Source: Eledone cirrhosa
Lineage: Eukaryota
NCBI GenBank assembly: GCA_964016885.1
Contig: OZ024740.1
Location: 258,540,001 to 258,604,000 of the forward strand
DNA length: 64,000 nucleotides
Direction: 5' to 3'
The notes under the pieces were generated by a model, which saw only the letters and a list, made by a program, of their open reading frames with translations, did no database searches and had not been told where the DNA came from. The translations under genes and the position numbers were made by a program. The first letter of the stretch is position 1. Every line of letters starts with the position of its first letter. This document shows, piece after piece, positions 41,493 through 53,644 of this stretch.

Positions 41493-41718
41493 ATTAGAAA
41501 TTGGAATAAATGCTCTGAAATAGCGATATATATGTGAATATAGACATAGAATATTCGAAAATATTCTGTATGTTTATAATAAACATTTTGAAGACCTAAT
41601 CGCTATAGAATAGAATACGTCACGTATTACAATTAGATTCTCGATAAAAGCAAGGGAAGTAATCTACGCGTTTCATTCTCGTTAGAAATCATCAGGACTA
41701 CATATCCAGTGCTTTTAT
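41493..41718 (-). repeat. Inverted partial copy of the 310-bp unit, including a complete hammerhead (41659-41701, -)
   Basis: Exact reverse complement of array sequence. Confidence 0.9.
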
Positions 41719-43604
41719 TTTCGAATATTCTATGTCTATATTCACATATATATCGCTATTTCAGAGCATTTATTCCAATTTCTAATTTCTGCCGGACCGG
41801 CAACCGCTCTTTCAAACCAGTTCCTGTACACAGCTAAGTATTCTATAAGTCTCTAGCTGTGTCATTCTCGATAAAAGCACTGGATATGTAGTCCTGATGA
41901 TTTCTAACGAGAATGAAACGCGTAGATTACTTCCCTTGCTTTTATCGAGAATCTAATTGTAATACGTGACGTATTCTATTCTATAGCGATTAGGTCTTCA
42001 AAATGTTTATTATAAACATACAGAATATTTTCGAATATTCTATGTCTATATTCACATATATATCGCTATTTCAGAGCATTTATTCCAATTTCTAATTTCT
42101 GCCGGACCGGCAACCGCTCTTTCAAACCAGTTCCTGTACACAGCTAAGTATTCTATAAGTCTCTAGCTGTGTCATTCTCGATAAAAGCACTGGATATGTA
42201 GTCCTGATGATTTCTAACGAGAATGAAACGCGTAGATTACTTCCCTTGCTTTTATCGAGAATCTAATTGTAATACGTGACGTATTCTATTCTATAGCGAT
42301 TAGGTCTTCAAAATGTTTATTATAAACATACAGAATATTTTCGAATATTCTATGTCTATATTCACATATATATCGCTATTTCAGAGCATTTATTCCAATT
42401 TCTAATTTCTGCCGGACCGGCAACCGCTCTTTCAAACCAGTTCCTGTACACAGCTAAGTATTCTATAAGTCTCTAGCTGTGTCATTCTCGATAAAAGCAC
42501 TGGATATGTAGTCCTGATGATTTCTAACGAGAATGAAACGCGTAGATTACTTCCCTTGCTTTTATCGAGAATCTAATTGTAATACGTGACGTATTCTATT
42601 CTATAGCGATTAGGTCTTCAAAATGTTTATTATAAACATACAGAATATTTTCGAATATTCTATGTCTATATTCACATATATATCGCTATTTCAGAGCATT
42701 TATTCCAATTTCTAATTTCTGCCGGACCGGCAACCGCTCTTTCAAACCAGTTCCTGTACACAGCTAAGTATTCTATAAGTCTCTAGCTGTGTCATTCTCG
42801 ATAAAAGCACTGGATATGTAGTCCTGATGATTTCTAACGAGAATGAAACGCGTAGATTACTTCCCTTGCTTTTATCGAGAATCTAATTGTAATACGTGAC
42901 GTATTCTATTCTATAGCGATTAGGTCTTCAAAATGTTTATTATAAACATACAGAATATTTTCGAATATTCTATGTCTATATTCACATATATATCGCTATT
43001 TCAGAGCATTTATTCCAATTTCTAATTTCTGCCGGACCGGCAACCGCTCTTTCAAACCAGTTCCTGTACACAGCTAAGTATTCTATAAGTCTCTAGCTGT
43101 GTCATTCTCGATAAAAGCACTGGATATGTAGTCCTGATGATTTCTAACGAGAATGAAACGCGTAGATTACTTCCCTTGCTTTTATCGAGAATCTAATTGT
43201 ATTACGTGACGTATTCTATTCTATAGCGATTAGGTCTTCAAAATGTTTATTATAAACATACAGAATATTTTCGAATATTCTATGTCTATATTCACATATA
43301 TATCGCTATTTCAGAGCATTTATTCCAATTTCTAATTTCTGCCGGACCGGCAACCGCTCTTTCAAACCAGTTCCTGTACACAGCTAAGTATTCTATAAGT
43401 CTCTAGCTGTGTCATTCTCGATAAAAGCACTGGATATGTAGTCCTGATGATTTCTAACGAGAATGAAACGCGTAGATTACTTCCCTTGCTTTTATCGAGA
43501 ATCTAATTGTAATACGTGACGTATTCTATTCTATAGCGATTAGGTCTTCAAAATGTTTATTATAAACATACAGAATATTTTCGAATATTCTATGTCTATA
43601 TTCA
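41717..43604 (+). mobile_element. Tandem array of ~6.1 x 310-bp units, each with a minimal type I hammerhead (non-LTR retrozyme-like)
   Basis: CTGATGA cores at 41894, 42204, 42514, 42824, 43134 and 43444; units are essentially identical (I noticed one substitution, at ~43202). Confidence 0.9.
41888..41930 (+). ncRNA. Minimal type I hammerhead ribozyme, first of six array copies; predicted cleavage after 41924
   Basis: GTAGTC-CTGATGA-TTTCT-AACG-AGAAT-GAAAC-GC-GTA-GATTAC; stem I is extended by the 16-bp helix ATTCTCGATAAAAGCA/TGCTTTTATCGAGAAT. Confidence 0.88.
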
Positions 43605-44059
43605 TATATATATATACATATATGCATATACACATTATACATATATACATATATACATATGTATATATGTATAACACACGAACAAACACTTACATTATTT
43701 TCGAACCACGCCACCTACATCCACACCACATATAAAGACGCACACACACGTGCGTATCCTCACATACACACACTCAGCCTCCGGACTCCACACGGCCCTC
43801 TCCCCCATTCCTCTGACCCTCTCCATCCACACGCACACACCGACTTACACCTCACCCCATGTACACACCAGCTTCCCTTTTACCTGAACATGGAACCTCG
43901 TTCATCCCCAAAATCTCACATTCACATACACACAAACACACACGTACATCTACACATATGCACAAACACCACCTGTATGTGCGGGCGTTTTTTTTTTGTT
44001 TTTTTTGTGTGTGTGTGTGTACCTGCGTGTATTTGTATACCTATGACGTGTGTTCTCGC

Positions 44060-44310
44060 GTATGCTTGTGTATGTACGTATATGGATGCCTGTATGTATT
44101 TATTTAATTTCAATTACCTCTGTATTTTATTTACTTTATTCTTAACTCTGAAGCCGAGAATCATTCGGTTTCCGAGTTAGAATTTTAGTCTACCACTTCA
44201 GTTATACCATAAACGTGGTTCTGTCTTTGCGCGTAATTGTTTTTCACCGCTCCAAATAATGACGTATTATATTCGTTTTTTCCCGTTCTTTGCCAGGGAA
44301 CGTTTCCACG
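44060..44310 (+). repeat. Homolog of the Naiad-like PLE 3' region at ~36830-37150
   Basis: Shared TATTTAATTTTCAATTAC..CTTAACTCTGAAGC..ATCATTCGGTTTCC..GTTAGAATTTTAGTCTAC..CGTGGTT..GTCTTTGCG. Confidence 0.8.
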
Positions 44311-44464
44311 AACCAAAGTATCGTCTTCCTGTCTTCCTCCGGTTGCAACGATTTTTGAAATATTCACTTCTGCGTTTACAGATTGACTTTGTTAGTTTCA
44401 GAAGATCCCGTTAAGGGTGAAAGCAGCGATTCTTTGCTTAAACTTTAATCTGTTATTTTAATAA

Positions 44465-44554
<90 letters not shown>

Positions 44555-45125
44555 GATGTTATAGTGCATTAGTTCATTATTTTCATTGGTAAGATGAGTT
44601 AAGCTCATAAGCTCAATGCACATTTTTACCCCACATTCTTCAAGAGTGAAATGTTACAGCGCAGAGTAAAATATCTATAAGGGAGTTACCTAAATGATAA
44701 TATCGGGGTGGGAGGTATCTACAATTGATGAAATATTCTAGTCGCGTTGAAATGACCGTAGAAGTTTCAATAAATAATGACAATATTTATCCTTGGTGAA
44801 TTTTAGATTATATTTTTCGAAAAAAAAAAAAAAGGATCGATCGACTTTCGTGAAATCGGACCGAGGAAACAATGTTTCCGTTGGTCTTTCCAGTTGCTAA
44901 TACTATCTATCGGTCCAAACACCAGGTAGAAGGAACAACGTGAAATAAACTGTCTTGCTGAAGGAGATAACGCATCGACCGGTCCAGGAATCGAACTCAC
45001 AACCTGACTATATATATATACACACACACAAACATATCTACGTATGCGTATCTATACATACATAGCAGCATAGATATAGACATATATACTCATATACACA
45101 CATACATACATATATATATATATAA

Positions 45126-45238
<113 letters not shown>

Positions 45239-45694
45239 GGTGGGCGTTTAGTTTTGATTTCAAAGTTAGGCTGTGTGGAGTACAATGATAGTATCCTTTA
45301 AGATTATGTGGGATATTTACAGGAAAAAGAAAACTCGGAAGTCCTCTGGGGATCATTATAGTTACGCATACTTCCTATAAGACATGACTATTCGCCACCA
45401 GTGTATGAATAGTATCCAAAGATAGTTATTCGGGATTAAAACTCGACGGATGTTGTACAAAGAGAAACCAAGATGAAATATATACATATCGATATGGGAC
45501 AGAAAAATTGATCCAATCAAAAGCAACACACAGATGTCGCTCGGAAACCGTATTAGGAATAGAGAATTTAATTAATTTAATACAAGTTAGTTCGAACGAT
45601 CGCTCTAGAACTAATCTTAATAGGCAACAGACATGTCGAAATGGACTGACCAGGTCAGCGGTCGAATCACAGAATAGACTATCACAAAATAGAT

Positions 45695-48600
45695 ATATTT
45701 CTTTATTAGCCACAAGAGCGCACAAGAAAAGGGGACAATACAAAGACATGTAGGGGATTTTACATACAGTCGTGTAAAAAATATAAAAACAAACAATTAC
45801 AACAATCGAAATCCCCAATAGGGGGGAGGCACCACAAATGGGTTGTTTAATACCCCGGCGATAGAACAACCCTAACTCCAGGAGCGTGTTGTGCAAGTGC
45901 TCCTTTCTTCCTTTTGCTCTCTTCCTCAACCTACAGGTTTATGAACAGAGAAGGTCCAATCACTCGGGCCATTTTCGCTTCATTCACCCACTTTTCAGTA
46001 AATTTACGGGGGTGCAATGCCTCTCTCTCCACCCTGATTCTCCTTCTAAAGTGATACTTAAAGAAGGGAATCAATTGATGTCCGGAGAGAAAGGCATCTG
46101 TCCTCAGTCCTCTCAATCTCGTCCACCATATAACTTCTTTCACCATAGCCACCGTACAGAGGAAAACCGCCTCTCTTTCGTTTTTGAAAGAGGCTGGCGG
46201 TTTGATCCTTACTATGTACTCGGCAGTCAACTGGATTTGTCCCATACGCGACAACAGCTGTTCTGCATAGTTCCACAGGTCGGTTACGCCCGGGCAGTGT
46301 ACAATTGCGTGCAGGACTGTTTCAATGTCCTGCGCGCATCTTGGACACGTCCTCTTTGAAGGATCCCTGCCGGGGCGTCCGTGCCTGTAGATCTTGCCAG
46401 GGACCTCTGGAAGTTCTCCATAGGTCCCGGGCGGAAAGTCCTACCAAACAGACTGGTGAGCTCATTTTCTTCGACGCCCAGATTCTCTCCGAGCATGTCG
46501 TCGCCCTTGTAACGTACAGTCCTCTATAGAATGTCGAAGTGGAGTCTCCACTGATTGCTGCGCCCGCTTGCCAGAGAACTGCGAGCGCCTGAGCGCATTC
46601 AATGTGCCAGGCGCCCATTGTTTTCGATCTTTTCTTCGCCCAGGACTGCAGCTCCGTCAGCGAGACGAGCTGTGGGAAAGTCTGTCTCACAAATGGTGCC
46701 CACATGGGTTGGGGGTAGGTGAGGAATACATGGAGATGCCGCAGCCTCAGCGCATGTTTGCGCATCATCAGCCACAGCATTCCCAGCCCTCCGTTGGAAG
46801 GGTGCTGACAGCAGACGGATCTCATCACCAGCGGAGTCTGCTTCTTCCACAGAAACTGGAAGAGCATGCGTTCCATCTTGGCGAGGTGTTCACGGGGACA
46901 AGGCACGTCAGTCAAACGGTAGTAGATGACGGACGCTATGAAAGTGTTCGCCACCTCCGCTCAACCTTTCAAGGACAGTTTGCACTCTGCCCACTTCTGG
47001 GTGAGTGCAAACACCTTGGCCGTGACCTCGTTCCAGTTTTTCTCCACCTGGAGGTCTGGACTGAACCAGACCTCGAGCAATTTCACCGGTCCTTTCGTCC
47101 AGCGTCCAACGACGCTGTCGGACGTCATCGGTTTTCCTCTCCACGTACCGAGTTGCAAACCTACAGACTTGTCCGGGTTTAGTTTTGCTCCCGTCAGCGT
47201 TTCGTATTCTTTCAGTAAGTTGCCGATCACCCCGATTTCCCAGGTGCTCGACACCATTACCGTCACGTCGTCGACATAAGCCGACGCCGCTTTGCGCAGT
47301 GCTGGTTCTAGAGGGATGCCCTGCAACAGCTCCATTTTCCGCAGTAGTGGCTCTAGAATCAATACATACAGAATGTCGAATGGAACGCGTGATTGCGAAC
47401 GGCTCAGATAGGTAGAGGTTCACCTTGACCCTCGAGCAGATGCTGGTGTGCATCGCCTCGATCCATCCTCTGAACACGGGACCGAAACCGGCCGCCTTGA
47501 GAACCGCTTCCAAGTATCAATGGTCGACCTTATCGAATGCCTTAGACTGATCCAAGTTGATCAGAGCCCCACCGAAGCCGGGTTTACTACCCACACTCTC
47601 TATGATGTATCGCATGAGGTGGAGGTTGTCGTGTATGGACCTGGTCGGGATTCCACACGTTTGCGCTTTCCCTACCAGGTTCTCAACGACAAGCGCCAAC
47701 CTCGTCGCTAGCACCTTGACCAAAATCTTTAACTCTGTGTTGAGCAGAGTTATGGGCCTGAAGTTGTTAATTTCGTCCCCCTTGTTCTCGTCTTTCCTGA
47801 TCAGCGTTACTACGCCCTTGCCTGCAGAACTGGGAATTTTCCCGTTCTGCTGCCAATTGCAGTAGACGGCTTCGAGGACGCCAGAGAACAAGTCCGGCAT
47901 GCCTATGTAAAATTCGTAGGGTAGACCATCTAGACCGGGTGACTTGCGTTTCCCGCAGAAGCCCAGAGCGTCGCGTATCTCAGTGTCCGTGATCGGTCTT
48001 TCGCAGAACTCGGCGTCCGTGTTCGAGAGACGCGGCAGGCCGTCGAGGTATGAACTAAAGTCCATTGCCCGTTCGGCTCACCGTCGATCTGCTCAAACAG
48101 TCGCGCAAAGTACCGCTGAAAGGCCGCGCATATTTGCTTGGGGTCAAGTAGCACGCGTCCGTTTTGGTCTTTCAAAGACCGAATCGTGGATTTGTTGCCA
48201 CTTTTTGCCTCCGCCACTCGGGCCCAGCTGACAACTTTCGCTCCTTCGTTTCCTAGAGCACGTGTTTTGCTTCTGACCACGCAGCCTTCGTGTTTCGCAT
48301 CGAATAACTGGTCCAATGCCGTTCTCGACGCTAACACTCTAGCCGCGTTGCCACTTCTAAGTGCCTCCTCTACCTTGGCTACTAGTTCTCTTTCTATACT
48401 GTTTTCCTCTAAGGCTAACTCTTCGCTATACCGTATCGATTCTATTCTAATTGCTTTCTTGAGAGAGTACCACCATCTATTGTTGACGATGGCTCCCGTT
48501 AACTGTTGCTTAACTAGTCTACTTATCCGTTCACTGTAAGCTTTACGTGCCGGCAACGACACGTTCAGCTTCCAGTATCCGGGACCCTGTCTATGTATTC

Positions 48601-49317
48601 TATCACGGTTGACTAAGCAGACGACTAACTTGTGATCTGAATAGGCAACCATGTGCATTCGTGGACAGTTTAACATCTCCTTGTCCCTTTCTCTAATGAA
48701 GAACCTATCTAAATACGATCAAGATATCCCACTGCGGTTTGCCCACGTCCACTCTGGTGCAGTCGGGAAATCCAGTCGATACCTATCGGCCAGTTGGAAT
48801 TGGCCGATTAAAGTTTTGAGGCTGTTGCACCCCGCTCTACTTTAACATGCTCCCACATAGTCCCATCGTGCATCTAGGATACCATTCCAATCCCCCACTA
48901 AAAGTAAGGAGCGAGACGTTCCCAGAAAAGACTCTAGGCGCTTAAAGAAGTCTGGCCGTGATTGCGATTGCCCGGTCGGGGTATAAACGACCACCAGTCT
49001 GAAAGCTCCACCTCCAATACTGTTCACGTCTAGGACTACCAGTCTACCCTCCAGGTCCAAGTGTACTTGCTGTGCTCCGACGTCCAGGTTCTTCCGAAAC
49101 ATGACATCCACTCCACCTCCACCTCCTGGCTGACAGAGAGATGCGTAGATCTCAAAGTCGTCGAAGATGGGGGTTAGTTGCTGCCTGTTGTGGATCCCGG
49201 ACTCGGTGATGGCTAACACATCCATACTGTGTGACCTAAGGTCGTTTAAAAGTTGACACTGTTTCCAGGCATCCCTAGGCTACGCACATTCACGGTTCCA
49301 ACTCGTAAACTAGCCAT
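45695..49317 (-). pseudogene. Tx1/L1-clade LINE ORF2 (APE endonuclease plus RT), nearly full length, frameshifted, with 3' UTR
   Basis: Starts MASLRVGTVNVR at 49317; DVLAITE, LLVGDWN, SDHKLV, GPGYWKLN, KSPGLDGLPYEFY, FRPITLLN, DQSKAFDKVDH, SAYVDDVT, NGGLGM; 3' end CTTGTGGCTAATAAAGAAA. Confidence 0.92.
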
Positions 49318-49324
49318 GTTGGTG

Positions 49325-49832
49325 AAGAAAAGTTGGAGAAAAAGGACGAAAGGTGCACTTACCTTTTTGTTTCCTGGAGATCGGGTTGTTCAATCTCCAT
49401 TTGGGTGCTGGATGGGGTGTTAGGTGGGGTGGGGAAACGTTTTAACAGGACGCGGTTGATGGGTTTGTGGCAGGGGTTGCCCACGTCCTGTGAACATTTA
49501 TTTTTTAGGTCTTTATAGGTTTCAATAGAAACCCTTATAAGTTTAAGGTGTGGAGACGATTCTGCCTTGACGAAAGTTTTGCCCTCCATCTCCACCTTGG
49601 GGTTTTGGGAGATGACCTCCATCAAACTCTTGTTGTTTGTGTTGATGTATGCGTATTGTTGTTTGTGTTTTTGTTGTGATGTTTTAGTGTGTTGTTCGTC
49701 AAGGAGTTTTCTTTTTATGGTGGGTGCTTGTGTTTGAGGTGGTGTTGGTGTTGGTTTCGCTGGTAGGGGGATGTTTGACTGTGGTGTTGTTTGTGTTGTT
49801 GTTTGTCTCTGTGGTTGTGTGTTGGTGTTGGT
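49325..49832 (-). pseudogene. Probable 3' end of the Tx1 element ORF1 (low-complexity T/Q/P-rich) and spacer
   Basis: Open frame directly upstream of ORF2 on the same strand, truncated at (GATA)n; no diagnostic motif. Confidence 0.4.
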
Positions 49833-49845
49833 GATAGATAGATTG

Positions 49846-49876
<31 letters not shown>

Positions 49877-49912
49877 GATAGATAGATGGATGGATAGATA
49901 GATAGATAGATT
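49833..49912. repeat. (GATA)n microsatellite at a Tx1/Tx1 junction
   Basis: Read directly; another (GATA)n tract is at 52252-52328. Confidence 0.9.
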
Positions 49913-51121
49913 TATTTATTTGCCACAAGGGCGCACAAGAAAAGGGGACAATACAAGGACATTTGCCGGGGATTTTACATACAATCGTGTTAAAAAAAAT
50001 TTAAACAAACAAATTCAACAATCGGAATCCCCAATAGTGGGGAGCCGTTACAGATGGGTTGTTTAATACCCCGTAGATAGAACAACCCTCAACTCCAGGA
50101 GCGTGTTGTGCATGTGCTCCCTTCCTTCTTTTGTTGTCATCTTCAACCTACAGGTTTATATACAGAGAAGGTCCAATCACTCGGGCCATTTTTGCTACAT
50201 TCATCCACCTTTCAGTAAATTTACTGGGATGCAGTGCCTCTCTCTTCACTTTGATTCTCCTTCTAAAGTGGTACCTAAAGAAGGGAATGAGTTGTTGTCC
50301 GAAGAGAAAGGCATATGTCCTCGGTCCTTTCAATCTCGTCCACCATATAATCTCTTTTACCATAGCCGCTATAAGAGGAAAACCGCCTCTCTTTCGTTTT
50401 TGAAAGAAGTTGGCGGTTTGATCCTTACTAGGGACTCGGCAGTCAACTGGATTTGTCCCATACGCGACAGCAGTTGTTCTGCGTAGCTCCACAGGTCGGT
50501 TACGCCCGGGAAGTGTACAATTGCGTGCAAGACGGTATGAATGTCCTGCTCGCGCCACGTCCTCATGGAAGCATCCCTGCCGGGGCGTCCGTGCCTGTAG
50601 ACCTTGTCTCGAACTGGTAGAGCTCCTCGGTAGCACTGCCAGGCCAGTGACCTCTGGAAGTTGGCCATGGGAATATCCTACCAAACAGACTGGTGAGATG
50701 GTCGTCTTCGACACCCAGAGTCTCTCCGAGCACGTCGTCGCACTTGTAACGTACTAAACCTCTATAGAATGTCGAAGTGGAGTGTCCACTGATTGCTGTG
50801 CCCGCTTGAAAGAGAACTGTGAGTGCCTGAGCGCATTCAATGTGCCAGGCGCCCATTTTCTTCGGTCTCCGCTTGATCCAGGACTGCAGCCCATCAGCGA
50901 GATAAGTTGCAGGAAGGCCTGTCTCACAAACGGGGCCCACACCGGTTGTTCGGTCAGGAATACCTGGAGATGCCGTAGCCTCAGCGCGTGTTGGCGCATC
51001 ATCAGCCACTGCATTCAACTGGAAGTGCATGCGTTCCATCTTGGTGAGGTATTCACGGGGACAAGGCACGGCGGTCAAGCGGTAGTAGATGACGGACGCT
51101 ATGAAAGAGTTCGCCACTTCC
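49910..51121 (-). pseudogene. Second Tx1/L1-clade copy, 5'-truncated
   Basis: Paralogous to 45695-46960 (ANSFIASVIYYRLT.., WQCYRGALPVRDK.., VKEIIWWTR). Confidence 0.9.
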
Positions 51122-51156
51122 GTATGTGTTACCCATATGAAATGTCTCCCCCAATC

Positions 51157-52251
51157 GGGGGAGACATTTCATATGGGTAACACATTACCCCGAAAAAATG
51201 TACAACCCTCATCTCTAGGAGCACCAAGAGTTTGTACCCCTTTCCTCTCTTCCTCTTTTTTCTCAACCTACAGGCTGATATAGAGAGAAGGCCCATTCAC
51301 TCGGGCCATTCTCGCCATTTTTACCCTCATTTCATAAAACTTGCTGGGGTACAGCACCTCTCTCTCCATCCCGATTCTTCTTCCAAGGTGGTATTTGAAA
51401 AAAAGAATCAGTTGTTGGTCGGAGAGAAAGGTGTCTGACCTCAGCCCTTTTAACCTCGTCCACCATACAACCTCTTTCACCATAGGTATCACACAAAGGA
51501 AAACCGCCTCTCCTTCGTTTTTTGAAGGAGGGTGGCGGTTTGATCATGACAATGGACTCGGTGGTCAACCGCATTGCAGCAATCCAGCCTCTGAACACGG
51601 GTCCGAAGCCTGTCGCCTCGAGCACCGCATTCAGGTAACGATGGTCAACCCTATCGAAAGCCTTAGACTGATCCAAGTTGATCAGGGCCCCACTGAAGTC
51701 GGGTTTACACCCAACCCTCTCTACGATGTATCGCATGAGATGTAGATTGTCGTGTATGGACCTGGTCGGGATTGCGCATGTCTGCGCTTACCCCACAAGA
51801 TTTTTGACGACAAGCGCCAGCTTCTTTGCCAACACCTTGGTCAAAATCTGTAACTGTGTTTAGCAGAGTTATGGGCCGGAAGTTGCCCATGTCATCCCCT
51901 CATTCTCGTCCTTCCTGACTAGCGTGACTACGCCCCTGGTCACAGAACTGGGAATTCTCCCGTTCTTCTGCCAGTTGCAGTAGACCGCTTCCAGGAGAAC
52001 AGAGAAGAAGTCCGGCATTGCTACGTAAAATTCGTAGGGTAGACCGTCGAGACCTGGAGATTTGCGTTTGCCGCATTGGCTCAGCGCGTCCCCTATCTCA
52101 GCGGCTGAAAACGACCTTTCGCAGAACTTCGCTTTGCTGTCCGAGAGTCGCGGCAAGCCGTCGAGATATGGACCGAAATCCATAGCCTCTCCCGGCGCGC
52201 CGCCCTGTCCGAAAAGCTGAGCAAAGTGCCGCTGAAAGGCCGCACACATCT
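51157..52251 (-). pseudogene. Third Tx1/L1-clade copy with a large internal deletion
   Basis: KSPGLDGLPYEFY, NFRPITLLN, DQSKAFDRVDH are joined directly to the C-terminal IKPPPSF..VKEVVWWTR. Confidence 0.88.
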
Positions 52252-52264
52252 GATAGACAGATAG

Positions 52265-52329
<65 letters not shown>

Positions 52330-53576
52330 GTGAAACGATGGCGAGAGAATCTTTATAGTTATATGTCTGTTCATATGTAATAATTTGTTTCCTACATTTC
52401 AAATACGGTCTTTGTGTATTTGTATATATATATACATGTGAATACATCATTATGCATGTGTATATGTGCGTATTTGTACGTGTATCTGTGTATTGCTGTG
52501 CGAATGTGTTTGTGAGCGTATGTGAGTGCATATGTGTGTGCGAATAATGTTGTATGTGTTTGTGTGTATTCCATGTATGTATGTATGTATGTAGTGTATG
52601 TATGTTTGTATCTATATGTATGTATGCATATGTATTTAAGTGTATCTGTGCCTTTGTGCATGTGTTTATATGTGTAACTAAAATTAACCACCATCACCAC
52701 CACTAACACCACCAACAACAACACCACCATCTCTACTGCACAAGCCAGACTGACGGGCTCCATCAAAGACATAAAGACTAGCACTGTTCATAGTAAGTTA
52801 ATGTTCCACCAATGGCGCCAACTAGAATGACTCTATTTGGTCGTTTGACCTTCTAGAAATAGTAGCCAAAATCTCATAGAAATCACAACCTACTATCTCT
52901 TAAAAGGACATATTATGTAACAGTCCAGGTTACAATAGATATGGATAAAATTAAACGAAATGGCTATAATGTATCAGACCAAAGATGTCAGGTGATCAGG
53001 GCTGATATGGGTCATACCACAACAAAAAATAGAAAACAATAATAACAAAACCGGCAAAAACAGCCAGCTAACAAAAATGCATGTGCATGGTCTCACGTCT
53101 TGTTAAAAATAATAGGAGATAAATAACCATACATTCACACTTAAAATGTATATAGATGAGGGTTACATTAGATATTGTAGTCAAGGATATACTATGTCTA
53201 AATAAAAAAGCAGAATGGTCACGATTAGATGGTCTGTGAACATACGGTTGCAAGATCACGAAGGAAAGGGCCTCATTTAGTTATGACTGGCCATAAGTTA
53301 TGCACCCAATACGTATTTAGCATGTGTTTGCTTCAGTCACAAGTCTGGGCAGTTTGATTTGTAGGAAACCAAGTATCAACTATACATGTAAGTTTCCCCT
53401 TACCAACCTCTCTGCGGCACCGATGTTGGCCGCGGGAAAGTTTAAGCCTGATACAGCTGGGTACCATTGGTATAGCAACTAACTTTATCCAGTTAAATGA
53501 AATGGATATAATGTGCTACCCGGCCAGGAAATCGAATTCAAAAGAATTAAACAGTTCTAATCATGTAGAATTCATT

Positions 53577-53637
<61 letters not shown>

Positions 53638-53644
<7 letters not shown>

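Noticed and set aside
41717-43604. CRISPR array or tandem RNA gene cluster (5S, snRNA, SL RNA)
   Set aside because: Whole units are identical with no unique spacers and no cas genes; I recognise no 5S, tRNA or snRNA sequence in the unit.
45426-45929. 167-aa ORF as a separate gene
   Set aside because: It runs from the Tx1 ORF2 end through its 3' UTR into flanking DNA; no domain is recognisable.
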